Assembly: GCA_963714975.1 (NCBI GenBank)
Contig: CAVQQD010000002.1
Span: 416,001 to 480,000 of the forward strand
Direction of reading: 5' to 3'
Length of the DNA: 64,000 nucleotides
From: an uncultured Gammaproteobacteria bacterium
Lineage (GTDB): Bacteria; Pseudomonadota; Gammaproteobacteria; JAURND01
The position numbers were made by a program, and so were the translations under genes. The notes under the pieces were generated by a model. It worked only from the letters and a program-made list of their open reading frames with translations. It was not told where the DNA came from and made no database searches. Below are positions 11,547 to 23,500 of this stretch, in pieces. Positions within the stretch are counted from its first letter, which is position 1. Each line of letters begins with the position of its first letter.

Positions 11547-14500
11547 TTAAAAAATCCTTCCAAGAGCGGGTTACCGAATTTTGGCAATGGGCGGCCCAAG
11601 AAGCGAGCGAGTTAGAACGCCAACTGGGTAATCCCCCCTGCGGCTTTAGTTTCCTAGCCTGGCCAGTCGATGGTCCCCAGATATTGCAAGGAATTTGGCG
11701 CTGTGGTTTTTTTCTCACCGAGCCTGCTAAGGTGGACCATCTCTATTGGCGCCGGTATTATGGTTTCCTGCAAGAACGTTTGAAGACCTTAACCCAGCTT
11801 CTGGCCTTACCCCTGCAATGGACAGAACCCACTCAGGCCGAGCAATATCAAATCGACTCCCAAAGTGTGATTCCTTATCGTCATGTGGCTTGTTGTTTGA
11901 GGGTCAGCGAGGCTGAAGCGCAGCAAGCACAGCATTTATGGCCAAGTTATCAAGAGCGCATCCAGGCCAGGCTTGCTGAAGTCACTTTACTAGAACACAA
12001 AATGCCTCTCTCACGTGCCCTAGCGCAGCAAGACATGAAGGCTACACTTACTCCTGTGCCTGCTGCGATGAAACAAACAGTCGCAAAGCATCTAGTATGT
12101 GACCCGATTGCTACGTTACTGCGTCCTTTGCAATTATGGTTACGGGATGCCGCCAGCTTTTATGGCCTGGCTCCAGATACACCAGAAAATCTGTTGAATG
12201 CATTGCAAACCCAGGGTTATCTGCACCCGGACTTTATTACCGATTTGCGTGCAGCTTACACCTGGGCATTGGCTCACAGTGAAGCGTTGCAGGATGCTTG
12301 GATACATGAAGAGCCACCAGTCGGTCTTAAACTTGGGCAAGCCATTTTGCTTGCAGAGAATGAGGCAGTACCCGAGCAATACCATAGCGCTTTTTATTTA
12401 TCCGCTCGACACTATCGACAGCACTGTCGTTACACCTTAGAAGTACTGCAACAAACTTATAGGGTGACGTATGCGCGTTGGTGCCACCAGGAAGCAATTC
12501 CTAAGGCCTTTAATCCCGTGGCCTTTCAGGCTAACTATTTATTAGAGCAAGCGGCCAACTCAGAGTTAACGGATCGACAAGCCTTTGGGGTTTTAGACTC
12601 TATTATTGAAGCGATCGCCCATCATCCCTCACTGCGAAAATCAGCGGATTGGCAACTCGCTAATTTTTTACAATTAAGCGAAGCACGGAAATTGTATTAT
12701 GTAGAACATCTGGCTCCTTATTTAACTTATGGGGAGCAAGACGCTCCTGAGGGGCTTATACAGCAGCTTCTGAATGTCCCAGAATTGAGTGGTCGGCGCC
12801 TACGTTGGGTCAAGGAACAAAGGGAATGGCAGGAGCGACTGCTCCCAATGCTTTGGGCAGAAAACAAGGCGACGACTACGACAGGATTACCCCCTGCTCA
12901 GAGTTCTGAAGCGTCGACTTCTTCAACAAACAGAGAGCACGATACTTCAATACAACCTCCTATCCGGGAGGAAAAAGACCAGGTAACGCCGAATGAAATA
13001 AAGGCGACGGTACCACCCATTCAGATGAGTGTGGTACGGCAAATCCAAAGCAATGGTGAATTACTTTGGCAAGTCCAGACACACGTACTCAACCCCAAAA
13101 TAGCTGAGAAACTTTTTGATTCTAAAGGACAATGGCTCCCAAAGGATCCCAAAGTTCCGGGGAATCATCGCGTTTTCCCCATCAAAATTGACAATCAACG
13201 GTTTTGGGTCAAGGTTTATCCCGAGCAACCCGCTATAGAGTGGATTGTTCACCAATTGGATCGCCGCTTGGGAGTATTTGGTACCCCACGCTTTGAAGTG
13301 GTGAAATTTCATCACGGGGGTCAAACTTCTTGTGCATTACTTAGTGAGCATGTCATGGGGTCTACACTGAAAAAGGTTATTCAAGAAAAACCTCAAAGAC
13401 TCGCCGAGTTGGATTTTATTTCGTTCGCTCGTACTTTATTGCGCGTTTTGCTGATTAATCCTGAGGATGATAAAGATGATGATTACTTGCTTGAAATGCA
13501 GCCAAACGGTCAACTGCATTTAAAACGAATTGATAACGATCGCGCATTTTTTGAACCCTTTACAGCAGAGGGCAATTACTTTTTTAGCAAGGCGACTTTG
13601 CAAGTCAAAAGTGTGGTGTATTGTTTGGAACAAATGCGTCAAAACTGGCCTTGCGAGCCCATGATTCAAAGCCTTTTGGAAGAATGGCGGCAGATACAAC
13701 CCCTGACGCTGATGCAAGATTTATTGGATCAGGCTACGGAACAACAGCTGGCGTGGAAAGAATTGTTTTCATCCACTGAGGTTGAGGATCATTTTAATTT
13801 GCCTGACCCTGATAAATGTTTAGCCGTGATGTTTTTCCCCCCCGGAGTTACCAAGGAAGTTATCAACCGATTGACTTTGATGCAAAATTCGCTTCGCGTA
13901 GCGGCCCAAAAACTTGCTGAAGCTAAAAGCTTTGATACTGACTCAAAGCCCAAAACGCCTAGTTTTTACCCACTGCATGGATTGACTTTACTGTGCGATA
14001 CTCAGCCGAAACTAGGGCGGTATTATGCTAAACCCCATGGGGAGCATGTCAGTTCACAGGGCCAAGAACCTAAGCACAGTGCTGAAGTTACGTGTGATCA
14101 TAGTCAAGTAGCTCATCGTTTTTCCCAAGCAGTGGGTTCTTGGTATAAAAGAAATACTCAAGGGGAAATGACAACTAATATATCAAGTTTCAAAGCTTTT
14201 CAATTGAGTGTTCGGTTACAAAAACCTTTAGAAATTCAGCAATTAAGCAATATGTGGCTCGGACAAGAATTCAGTCCTCAGCAAGAATTAAATGGGTTAA
14301 AAGAGTGGCGGATGACACGTCTACTCGATTTAGAACAAAAAATGTTAGCGCCTAGGTCCACTGTATTAGCTGAATCAAAAATATTACCCCAAAATGTAAG
14401 TCTTACCTCTCAAGATGAAGAAAAACTTTGGCAAAATCATCATGCACATGCAGCAGAGGAATTTCGGGCCTTACCACAGCCCCAACGCGAGAAAATATGG

Positions 14501-16575
14501 AATAATTTTTATTTAAAACTGCGGCGTCAACAGCTGAATGATCCGCAGCAATTAATTATACTCCATGCCATGATCGGAGCTGGTTGGCGGAAACTTGATT
14601 TGAGTGTATTTAATCCTAAATTAATTACCGACGAAAAGGTAATGGCATTACTGAGAGGGACACAGACAGCATTACCTGTCATACCTTTGCTTGAGCTTAA
14701 TCTGAATGGTTGTTATCGCTTATCGGAAAATATTTTAGATATAATTCACCGTTACAGCTATGAAACCCTTGAGCGCTTATACTGTAATCGCCTACTGTGG
14801 CAAAACATTGTTTTGGAAAATTGGGATCGATTGCTTTATTTTAAAGGTATAGGCACTAAAGTTTCGCAGTTCGTCATGAATAGGGTGCCTAAATTAGAGA
14901 AATTAAACTTATCTAAAACAACAACTCTGGTAACGCTCAGTGGGACTGCGCCAGAATTAGCTTATGTAAACGTGGATGGCTGCCACCAGTTACGGCATAT
15001 TGGTAAGCCAGGAGTAATTACGGGTCAGCCCTTGAATGCCCCGCAGTTAAAAGTGTTAAATATCGCCAAGTGTGTCAATTTAGAATATCTGTGTTTACCC
15101 AAAACACTTTTTTATGAAGTTATTATTTCACAACTACCCGAGTATCCTAAATTACAGGCGATCGAGTTACAAATCGATCAAGATTTTATTTCTATACCGA
15201 GCTATGCTATCCTCCCTCTGATTGCGCAAAACAGGACTTTAGATTGTGACGGCGCAGGATTGTCCTCGTCACAAATTACTAAGTTAACTGCTTATTTGGC
15301 GCATGATCAATTTTTCAACCATGTAGACTTGAGCAATAATCGTTTCATTTGGGATTTGCCTGGATGGGAACAGGAAGCATTGCTTGCTTTAGGCAAGGCA
15401 TTGGCGAGTAATAAAACCATTACGCATCTTAATATAAGTCGCCATGCGGTGAATATAGGGGATAGATGGCATGGTATGGAGGAAATACCACTACGTACTT
15501 GCCAATTGTTTTGCGATATGGTTGAACATAGCTCACTGATTAGTCTGGACATGTGGGGGGTTTGGGTGCATCCCTATGCAATTAAAAGGATCAGTGCAGC
15601 TGCCCGAGCGAATCCAACATTCCAAGAACTGAGGCATCATTATATCCACCATGTGGTCTCGGTATGGAATAAAAAGGGGGAAAAAAAACAATGGGTAAAA
15701 AAAGATGACTGTATCCAAAAGATACCGCAGTTAACTGAGGCTAAAACTCCTATAACCGGTAAACTCGAAAATTTCTCCTCTGCAATGCCTGGTGAAGCAG
15801 AGCCTTTGCAACAGGTCTCAAGTAGTAATTCCCTATTTGAAAGTCCAGTGGTATTTTTTTCTACTCCTGATTCAAAGCAGACTAGCGCAATGGGTGTAAA
15901 CAAAACAGTCACACCCACCTTTATCCGATGCCAAAACCAATTAATCAAAGAATGTGAACAAGGTAATTTGGCTGGTGTCATGAAATGGATTGCTAAAGGT
16001 GCCCAAGTGAATGAATCGAATGCGGAGGGAAAAAAACCTTTATATTCAGCCGTATATGGCCTGAATTTTCGGATAGTACAATATTTAATACAACAGCATA
16101 AAAAAGGGGTGGAATCTATTAGTTGGAAAGGTTGTGAGGAGCACAATATAAAACATTATGGCAAAACATTTCTTATGGAAAAGCGTATTGTCGAGACTAA
16201 TGAGGATTGGTGTCATTTAATGGAAACGACTCAAGAGAGTGAATTTTTGGATGGGTACCTGTTAAGTAAATATCCAAACACACATAAGTGGCAGTTCGCG
16301 AGGTTCGAAGTTGCTTGTTACCAACATGAAAAGGCGGATAGTGGGGTTGCAAAGCCTCTTTCTCAAGACATGATGGTGTGGTGGATAACAACAGCTGAGG
16401 GGTTGGAAGTACTGAAAGAGCAAATTATATCTGAATTGCAGCAACAGGAGTGCTCCAGCCAGAGTAAAAGCACCATGACATCTACATCCTAGCTTTGAAA
16501 ATCCCAAGGCTTTTAATAATTTTTTAAGCATTTTCCCGTGGTGTTTTGCGATTTTTTAAAGGGTTGCATTATATA

Positions 16576-18184
16576 CTTGATTCCGCAGTTTTGAGCGGTG
16601 CACAATAGGGTAGAATAAGATCGGGCTACTGAAACAGCTCCTGTTTTCGCTCTGCAAAAACAATCAACGCTAAACCAGTAGGCCGATACGAGGTATATTA
16701 CCTATCCCGATCATTCAAAACAAGGTAAATGCCTATGCTAATTCGTCCAATCCAGTGGGTTGTTGATTATATTGGCGCACTAAATGAGTCACTTCAAAAG
16801 ATATCATCAAAGCCATTAACGAAAAGTCAGTGCGGATGGTTTACCATTGTTTTGATGAGGCTAATTGTAGCGGGAACTTTTAATTGGGCTGCATTTGAAA
16901 GACGCAGCCTTGGTGAATGCAAAGAAAGTGGTTTGAGATGGGTATTTCGTCACGCAAAAATAGCCTGGGTTTATTTGCTACAAGCCAGCTTAATTCATAT
17001 TTTTTCGCACTATGAGATACAAAAGGGGGTTTTGGTTCTTGATGATTCTGACAAAATGCGCTCACGAAACACATCTAAAATAGCTGGTGTGCATAAAGTC
17101 AAAGATAAAAAGACGGGCGGATATTTTGAAGGACAAGAATTCCTTTTTCTTTTACTGGTCACAGAAAAAATTACTGTTCCAGTTGGTTTTCGATTTTATA
17201 TTCCAAATCCAGAGCTAAAGAAATGGAAAGAAACAGTGAAAGCAGAGAAAATAGCAGGAATCACTGCTAAAAATCGCACAAAACGCCCAGAGATAAATCC
17301 GGAATATCCGAGCAAACAAATGCTTGGATTGGATTTACTAAAAACGTTTTCGGAAAATCATCCGGATATTACTGTACAAGCTGTGTTGGCTGATGCGCTT
17401 TATGGCAACCAAGAGTTTATGGATGGAGCCGCAAAAGTAACAAATTGCGAACAAGTTATTAGTCAACTACGAAAAAATCAGTTAGTAACCTATCGTGGGA
17501 AAAATATTCCACTTACAACTTATTTTTCTCGCACTGCTGGCGTTGCCTGTAATCTTAGCGTGCGTGGTGGTGAAACAAAAAAAGTGACTGTTCTTGCAGC
17601 AAGATTGCGCGTTGTGTCACATAAAAAGAAGCGCTTTGTCATTGCATTAAAATATGAAGGTGAAACAGACTATCGCTTTATTGTCGCCCGAAATCTTACA
17701 TGGCGACACATGGATATTGTGCGAACTTACACGTTAAGATGGCTCGTGGAGGTTTTTATTGCGGACTGGAAAGGACATGGGGGCTGGAGGAATACATTGA
17801 GCAAACAACAAGGCGTTGAAGGCGCTGCGAATGGCGTAACGCTGAGCCTGTTGTGCGATCATCTTTTACTCCTGCATCCATCACAATCTGTCCTCATGAA
17901 AAACAAACAACCCGGAATGTCCGTTGGTTGCCTAATAGAGCGCATTAATTCAGAAGCGCTGATTGATGGAGTAAGTCATATTGTTAATTCAGATGAACCA
18001 AAAAAGGAGCTGAAAAAATTTGCTATGGCGCTAGAAAATTCGATACCTAATCGTTCATCTAGCAAGCATCTTGTTGGTAGAGATTTAGGAAGAATGGAAC
18101 CTACGGCATCGCTTCGATATCAAAAAGCGGCTTAATTCATTCATATGATGATTAATTGCAACTGCTAAAAACTGCGGAATCAAG
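16576..18184 (+). mobile_element. IS4-superfamily (IS701-like) insertion sequence
   Basis: IRs CTTGATTCCGCAGTTTTGAGC / GCTAAAAACTGCGGAATCAAG, flanked on both sides by TATATA (palindromic, so the IR/target boundary is ambiguous). Confidence 0.85.
16729..18135 (+). CDS. DDE transposase (IS701/IS4-like)
   Basis: VLVLDDSD, VLADALYG, YTLRWLVEVFIADWK; lies between IRs. Confidence 0.88.
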   Translation: MPMLIRPIQWVVDYIGALNESLQKISSKPLTKSQCGWFTIVLMRLIVAGTFNWAAFERRSLGECKESGLRWVFRHAKIAWVYLLQASLIHIFSHYEIQKGVLVLDDSDKMRSRNTSKIAGVHKVKDKKTGGYFEGQEFLFLLLVTEKITVPVGFRFYIPNPELKKWKETVKAEKIAGITAKNRTKRPEINPEYPSKQMLGLDLLKTFSENHPDITVQAVLADALYGNQEFMDGAAKVTNCEQVISQLRKNQLVTYRGKNIPLTTYFSRTAGVACNLSVRGGETKKVTVLAARLRVVSHKKKRFVIALKYEGETDYRFIVARNLTWRHMDIVRTYTLRWLVEVFIADWKGHGGWRNTLSKQQGVEGAANGVTLSLLCDHLLLLHPSQSVLMKNKQPGMSVGCLIERINSEALIDGVSHIVNSDEPKKELKKFAMALENSIPNRSSSKHLVGRDLGRMEPTASLRYQKAA

Positions 18185-18613
18185 TATATAGGAAAATAAA
18201 ATAACTTATGCGGTACATTCAAGGCTGTATTAGCCAATAGGCTGACGTGGCCCACTTGCGGTTCAGGAAGTCCTGTCCTCACTCTAAGAACTTACAGCAT
18301 GAGGTTTGAATTTCGAAGAATAGTGCGCTGAATCGCCTAAAAAAATGAGAGTATTACTAGTCTTACCATTTTGTTGGGTGCGCTACATAAAAACCTACCC
18401 AATGAACCATTATTGAGATAGCCGGAATTTAGTTATTTCCGACAGGGGGCTATGGTTTTTAACAAGAACTTATTTTTAAAAGCTATCCGCAAATAAAACA
18501 CAATGGAATTTTGCTTGTAACTGATTACCTGTAGTTCCCCAAAGTTAGCGAGCAATCAGGAAAATATATGATTTGTTCCCCCTACAGAGGGCAAGGAATT
18601 TATTTTAAACGTA

Positions 18614-18646
18614 CTTCATAATTCCTTAATAAGTCTCATGTACTAT
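18614..18646 (+). promoter_or_regulatory. PmrA-like box plus -10 element
   Basis: cTTCAtaattccTTAA, then TACTAT 11 nt downstream, ~30 bp before ATG 18677. Confidence 0.5.
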
Positions 18647-18676
18647 AAATTTACTTTATTTTTTTAAGAGGGCTTT

Positions 18677-19861
18677 ATGCAGGATAATTCAATACCTTTT
18701 GAAGTTTTACAGCAATGCTATGACGATTTATGCTATATATATGATAATGAGAGTTTAGCTAGATTTGATTCATGCGTATTAACGCAGCATGCAGCAATGG
18801 AAGAGGCTTTTTCGAATCTTTCTGAGGGGGAGGAAAACTCAGTAAAAAGGGTAGATACATTTTACAATTCAGCCCAAAGTATGGTGAATTCATTAAAGCT
18901 TCATAAGAAGTTTCCTGATGAATCGCCGGCTAAAAAGAGTTTTGACGCTTGCGAGAAAGCGTGTTTGAAATATTCAGGATGGGAAAAAGGGTTAGTTTTG
19001 TTGGTTGAACGGGAGAATATACCGATTTCTGATACAGAAAAATGGCTTGCAGTTCCAGAGAATAAGGCGGCCCTTGATAAATATCATAAAGAGTCTGTAG
19101 AGCGCACTTACCAGAGATTTCTAGAGCAGCAAGCGCTGGAGGAGAAAAATAAAATTTGTACTAGATTTAGTAATTTCTGGAAAGATAATCCTAAGTTGAC
19201 AGCTAGAATACCTCATTTATTTTGGCCAATCCCCGTGTCAATAGGTCTCACTTATCTGGCAAGTCTAGTTTATGATGTTTGTTCTCATTCATCGAGTATC
19301 GATGCGGTAAATAAATTTTTTAGTTCTAGGTTGCGGGATGCTTCTTCCCTTGAGATGTTAAAAACTCCTGGGGCTATATATGGATTGGCAACTTTACTGG
19401 CCGTTGCCGTTTGTGTTGGTGCTTGTTATTGGTGCAGCAAAAAACAACCAAAAGAACAAAAATACATCCCGCAGCAAAAGCTTAATGAAAAAAATGAAAT
19501 TTGTTCTAGGTTTAGTAATTTCCGAAAAGATAATCCTAAATTAGTTGCAAGAATACCTCATTTGCTTTGGCCAATCCCCGTGTCAATAGGTCTCACTTAT
19601 CTCGCAAGCCTAGTTTATGACGTCTGTTATCATGCATCGAGTATCGATACAGTAAATAAATTTTTTAATTCCAGGCTGCGGGATGCTTCTTCCTTTGAGA
19701 TGTTAAAAACTCCTGGGGCTATATATGGATTGGCAACTTTACTAGCCGTTGCCGTTTGTGTTAGCGCTTGTTGTTGGTGCAGCAAAAAACAACCAAAGGA
19801 ACAAAAATACACCCCGATTCTAGATAACCGGATTGTGGGGGGAACTTCACACAACAAATAG
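18677..19861 (+). CDS. Hypothetical membrane protein with internal 115-aa duplication; candidate effector
   Basis: GAGG RBS; each repeat has two hydrophobic helices and ends CVxACxWCSKKQPKEQKY. Confidence 0.75.
   Translation: MQDNSIPFEVLQQCYDDLCYIYDNESLARFDSCVLTQHAAMEEAFSNLSEGEENSVKRVDTFYNSAQSMVNSLKLHKKFPDESPAKKSFDACEKACLKYSGWEKGLVLLVERENIPISDTEKWLAVPENKAALDKYHKESVERTYQRFLEQQALEEKNKICTRFSNFWKDNPKLTARIPHLFWPIPVSIGLTYLASLVYDVCSHSSSIDAVNKFFSSRLRDASSLEMLKTPGAIYGLATLLAVAVCVGACYWCSKKQPKEQKYIPQQKLNEKNEICSRFSNFRKDNPKLVARIPHLLWPIPVSIGLTYLASLVYDVCYHASSIDTVNKFFNSRLRDASSFEMLKTPGAIYGLATLLAVAVCVSACCWCSKKQPKEQKYTPILDNRIVGGTSHNK
19141..19815 (+). repeat. Intragenic tandem duplication, 345-bp period
   Basis: AAAGATAATCCTAA at 19181 and 19526; highly similar DNA across both units. 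Confidence 0.92.
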
Positions 19862-20216
19862 ATGATTTGTTGCCCAGGGTTTAAAACAAATAGAAATTGT
19901 CCTAGTGGTTAGGGCGTTTGCGTTGCAAGGAAGATTTGTGGTAGATCTATATTACTGGTTGATGCCTAAAACCATATAAATAATTACTGGATAAGTAGGC
20001 TGCGCGTATTTTGTTTGGTCGGGATGACAGCACTGTGTGTGGTCGTTAGCCAGGTGAAAAACTGCGGATCAGGGTTTTGTCTATATAAAGTTTATAATTA
20101 TTCTTGCTTGAATTTTGCGCGATTCAGTGCTGCTCTAATGAGCTTTATTAGGCATTTACAGTGAAAAACCCGTCTAATAAAAACTTTTAAAATCCGTGGG
20201 TTACGACACAACTCCC

Positions 20217-20246
20217 TGATTGTTAATCACTGGATTGTAGGTTCGA
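20217..20246 (+). other. Degenerate tRNA 3'-half (anticodon to T-arm), att-like remnant
   Basis: TGATTGTTAATCACTGGATTGTAGGTTCGA matches 24/30 nt of the tRNA-Lys in this window; no acceptor or D arm. Confidence 0.5.
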
Positions 20247-20581
20247 ATTTTTCGGAGAATTGTTCGGGGAAAATAGTGTTCAGCGCTTATGTTGTACTGC
20301 AGAAAAACTTAAATTTCAGCAGTAACTAGTAACTCTCTTAACTTTTGCTTTTAACTAAACTTGCGAGTAGAATACTTTCCATATAAATGACAATCAGATT
20401 TCGACAATTCCTTGCCTCCGATTTAATGAACTGCTTCAGCGACTCCAGGTTATCAAAACAAATATAAAGAATAAAAAAGTTTTTTTGTAAATAATTAATG
20501 ACTAATACATCGCGAAGAATAACGACGGATTACTCTGGATAACAAGATTAAAATAGAATAAAAAAATCAGGAGGAACAAGT

Positions 20582-23500
20582 ATGTCCCTTTCACTAGAGG
20601 AAAAAGAGAAAAAAATCGAACATTTAAAAGAGATTCCAGATGACCTCACAACTACGTTTCATTTTTATCAACTTGCCGCGGAAGCAGGCAATACATTAGC
20701 GCATTATTATTTAGGACGTTGTTATCAAACCGGTCGTGGTGTGACTGTGAGTCTACCCGATGCAAGGCGTTGTTTTAAAATAGTAGTGGATCATTATCCT
20801 GAAAATCATCCTCAAGCACAGGCTGCTGCTCAGCGGTTGCAGTCTATACCCTCTACCATTCCAACGTCTGTAGTTATTCCTACCATCGAGATTGCTGAAT
20901 TTGAAGAATCAGAAGAGAAAAAGTTAGGGGATGGTGGACAAGGTAAAGTATATCAGAATAAGTGGCGGGATGAAGTCGTAGCCGTTAAATATTTTTCAGC
21001 ACATATTACCGAAGTGCAAAAACAGGTCCAACGTTTAGCAGAGGCTAAAACCAATCAATCGGATTATTTGATGCAGGTGAAAGCGCTGTGCTTAAAACCT
21101 CCCTGTGTGGTGTTGGAATATATATCAGAAAGCAATTTAAGTCAGTTTTTGGGAGCACGTCCTAATATTATTTGGTTGCATCGCTATCGCTTAGCACATG
21201 ATATTATCCAAGGAGTTGCTTATTTGCATAAACAAGGTTTACTCCACCGTGACCTAAAAAGTATAAATATCATGGTAATAGAAAGACCCCGTTTGCATAC
21301 GAAGTTATGCGATTTTGATTCGCTAAAAAAAAATCAAGTGGGTGAAACTGGCTCGACTGGCGTCATGACGACACCCTATTATTTAGATCCAAGATATTCG
21401 GAGGGATTTTCAGAATCCTATAAGAGTTACGCTTGGTATAACGAAATCTATAATTTGGGTTGCGTATTGTTGGAAATTACTACATGTAAAGATCTACCGT
21501 CAGTGCACATCCACGGAAATGATTTTTACATTCGAAAAGAGCAAAAAGATATACCATTAAGAGATAGCATTCCTACTAATTGTCCTGCTAATTTTGCACA
21601 ATTAATACGCGATTGTTTGCAGTATGATGCTACTTTGCAACCTCGTGCAGAGGTCCTAGCTCAACGAATGACGGCTCTGTTAGAAGCTGAACAATGCAAA
21701 CTTGCCAATACACCCGATGGAAAAGGTCACACTCCATTAATGCGAGCCATTTATCACAGAAAAATAGGAAAAGTAGCGACATTATTAGCCTGTAAAGCAG
21801 ATGTGAATCACATTGATTCTCATGGCTGGACCCCCTTGTTTTGGGCAGTACAAGGTGGCAAGCAAGCCACCCGCATGACGCGATTACTGCTGAAAGCTAA
21901 AGCAGATCCTACTATAGTGGGTCCAAAACAAACAGTATCGGTTCTACAACTGATATTACAAAATTCACTAATATTACAAAATGAATTAATTTCGGCTTGT
22001 GAAAATGGCAGTTTAACAAAAGTTAAAGCTGCCATAGCTAAAGGAGCATTAGTAAATTTACCTAATATGCAGGGCAAAAATCCTCTGTGTTGTGCCGTAT
22101 ATGGTATGAACCCTGGGGTAGTGAACTTTGTTATTACGCAACGAAGTGAAAGTGTCCCTGCTAATTTTTGGCAAGCTTGTGAAGAACATAATAAGAAACA
22201 CTACGGGCAAACTTTTTTAAGCATGGAATTTGCTCCTGTCTATTACAAAGATTGGTATGATTTACTAGAGAAAATTGAATCCAATGAGTTTTTGGTAAGA
22301 TATCACCTCGCGCAGGTGCATAAATACGAGAAGAATAGATGTTGGTGGGATAAAGATTTGATTGAATTAAAGAGGGTGGTGGCGATGGGTATAAGCGAAG
22401 CGCTGTCGTTGGGGTGGCGTTGGGTTGGAGTTGGAAGAAGCGTAGCTGAGACAGAAGTAGGGTATGCAGATTACCGGAATCAAATTAAGCAGGCAATAGA
22501 GACTGTGCCGCTACAAAATGAATTAATCAAGGGTTGTGAAAATGGAAGCTTAACTCAAGTTAAAGTGGCCATAGGCAAAGGCGCATCAGTAGATCTGCCT
22601 AATTGGCAAGGAAAAAATCCGCTGTATTGCGCCGTATATGGCATGAATCCTGATGTGGTGAGCTATATCATTGCACAATACGGTGAAAATTCTCTCATCC
22701 CCTCTTGGGAATCCTGTGAAGATCACAACAAAAAATATTACGGACAAATATTTTTAAATATGAAATTTGCTTCTGTCTATTACCGTGATTGGTATAACTT
22801 ACTTGTTCAGATTGAACACAATGAATTTTTAGCTGGATATCACCTCACGCAGGTTCATAAGTATTATGGGAAGGATGGTTGGTGTAAGAATTTTGGAAGT
22901 CTGAAGGAGTACGTAAAGTTACGGTTTGATGGGGCGGAGCGTGGCGGGTCTCAATCAACGGATGGAACTGAGCATGAGTATGCCGGTTGTCGGAATCAAA
23001 TTAAGCAGACAATGGAGCTGTCGCTACAAAATGAATTAATCACAGCCTGTGAAAATGGCAGCTTATCTAAAGTTAAAGCTGCCATAACCAAAGGTGCATT
23101 AGTGAATTTACCCAATGCACAAAACAAAAAGCCGTTGTATTGTGCCGTGTACGGCATGAATCCTGAGGTAGTGAACTATATCATTGCACAGCGTAGCAAA
23201 AAAGCATCCACTACCAGCAGTTGGGAAGCCTGTGAAGAACACAACAAAAAACACTACGGACAAACTTTTTTAAACATGAAATTTGCACCGAAAACATATA
23301 GTGAATGGTATACGTTATTAACTCAAATTGAGTCTAATGAATTTTTGGAGGGACATCATCTCGCGCAGGTTCAGGGGTATTACGAGAAGACTGAATGGTG
23401 TGTTAATTTACAGTCCTTGCTGGAGTGGGTGTCAAGTAGAGCTGCGCGTACCCATTACCTACTAATTTACTACGATCGACGAAGCGTTTTTCCCGAGACG

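Larger units (their letters stand above)
7156..16492 (+). pseudogene. Giant (~2539 aa) multidomain candidate effector split by IS1380 (fragments 7156-9852 and 11552/11684-16492)
   Basis: Removing IS 9835-11546 and one TTAAA joins ...DQKTPSLK|KSFQERVTEFWQW... in frame. Domains: DUF294-like segment, atypical kinase-like segment (VKVYPEQP...NPEDDKDDDY...IDNDRAF), LRRs, C-terminal ankyrin-like module. Confidence 0.85.

Noticed and set aside
20217-20246. Functional tRNA gene
   Set aside because: Only an anticodon-to-T-loop fragment with a broken stem; no acceptor or D arm.
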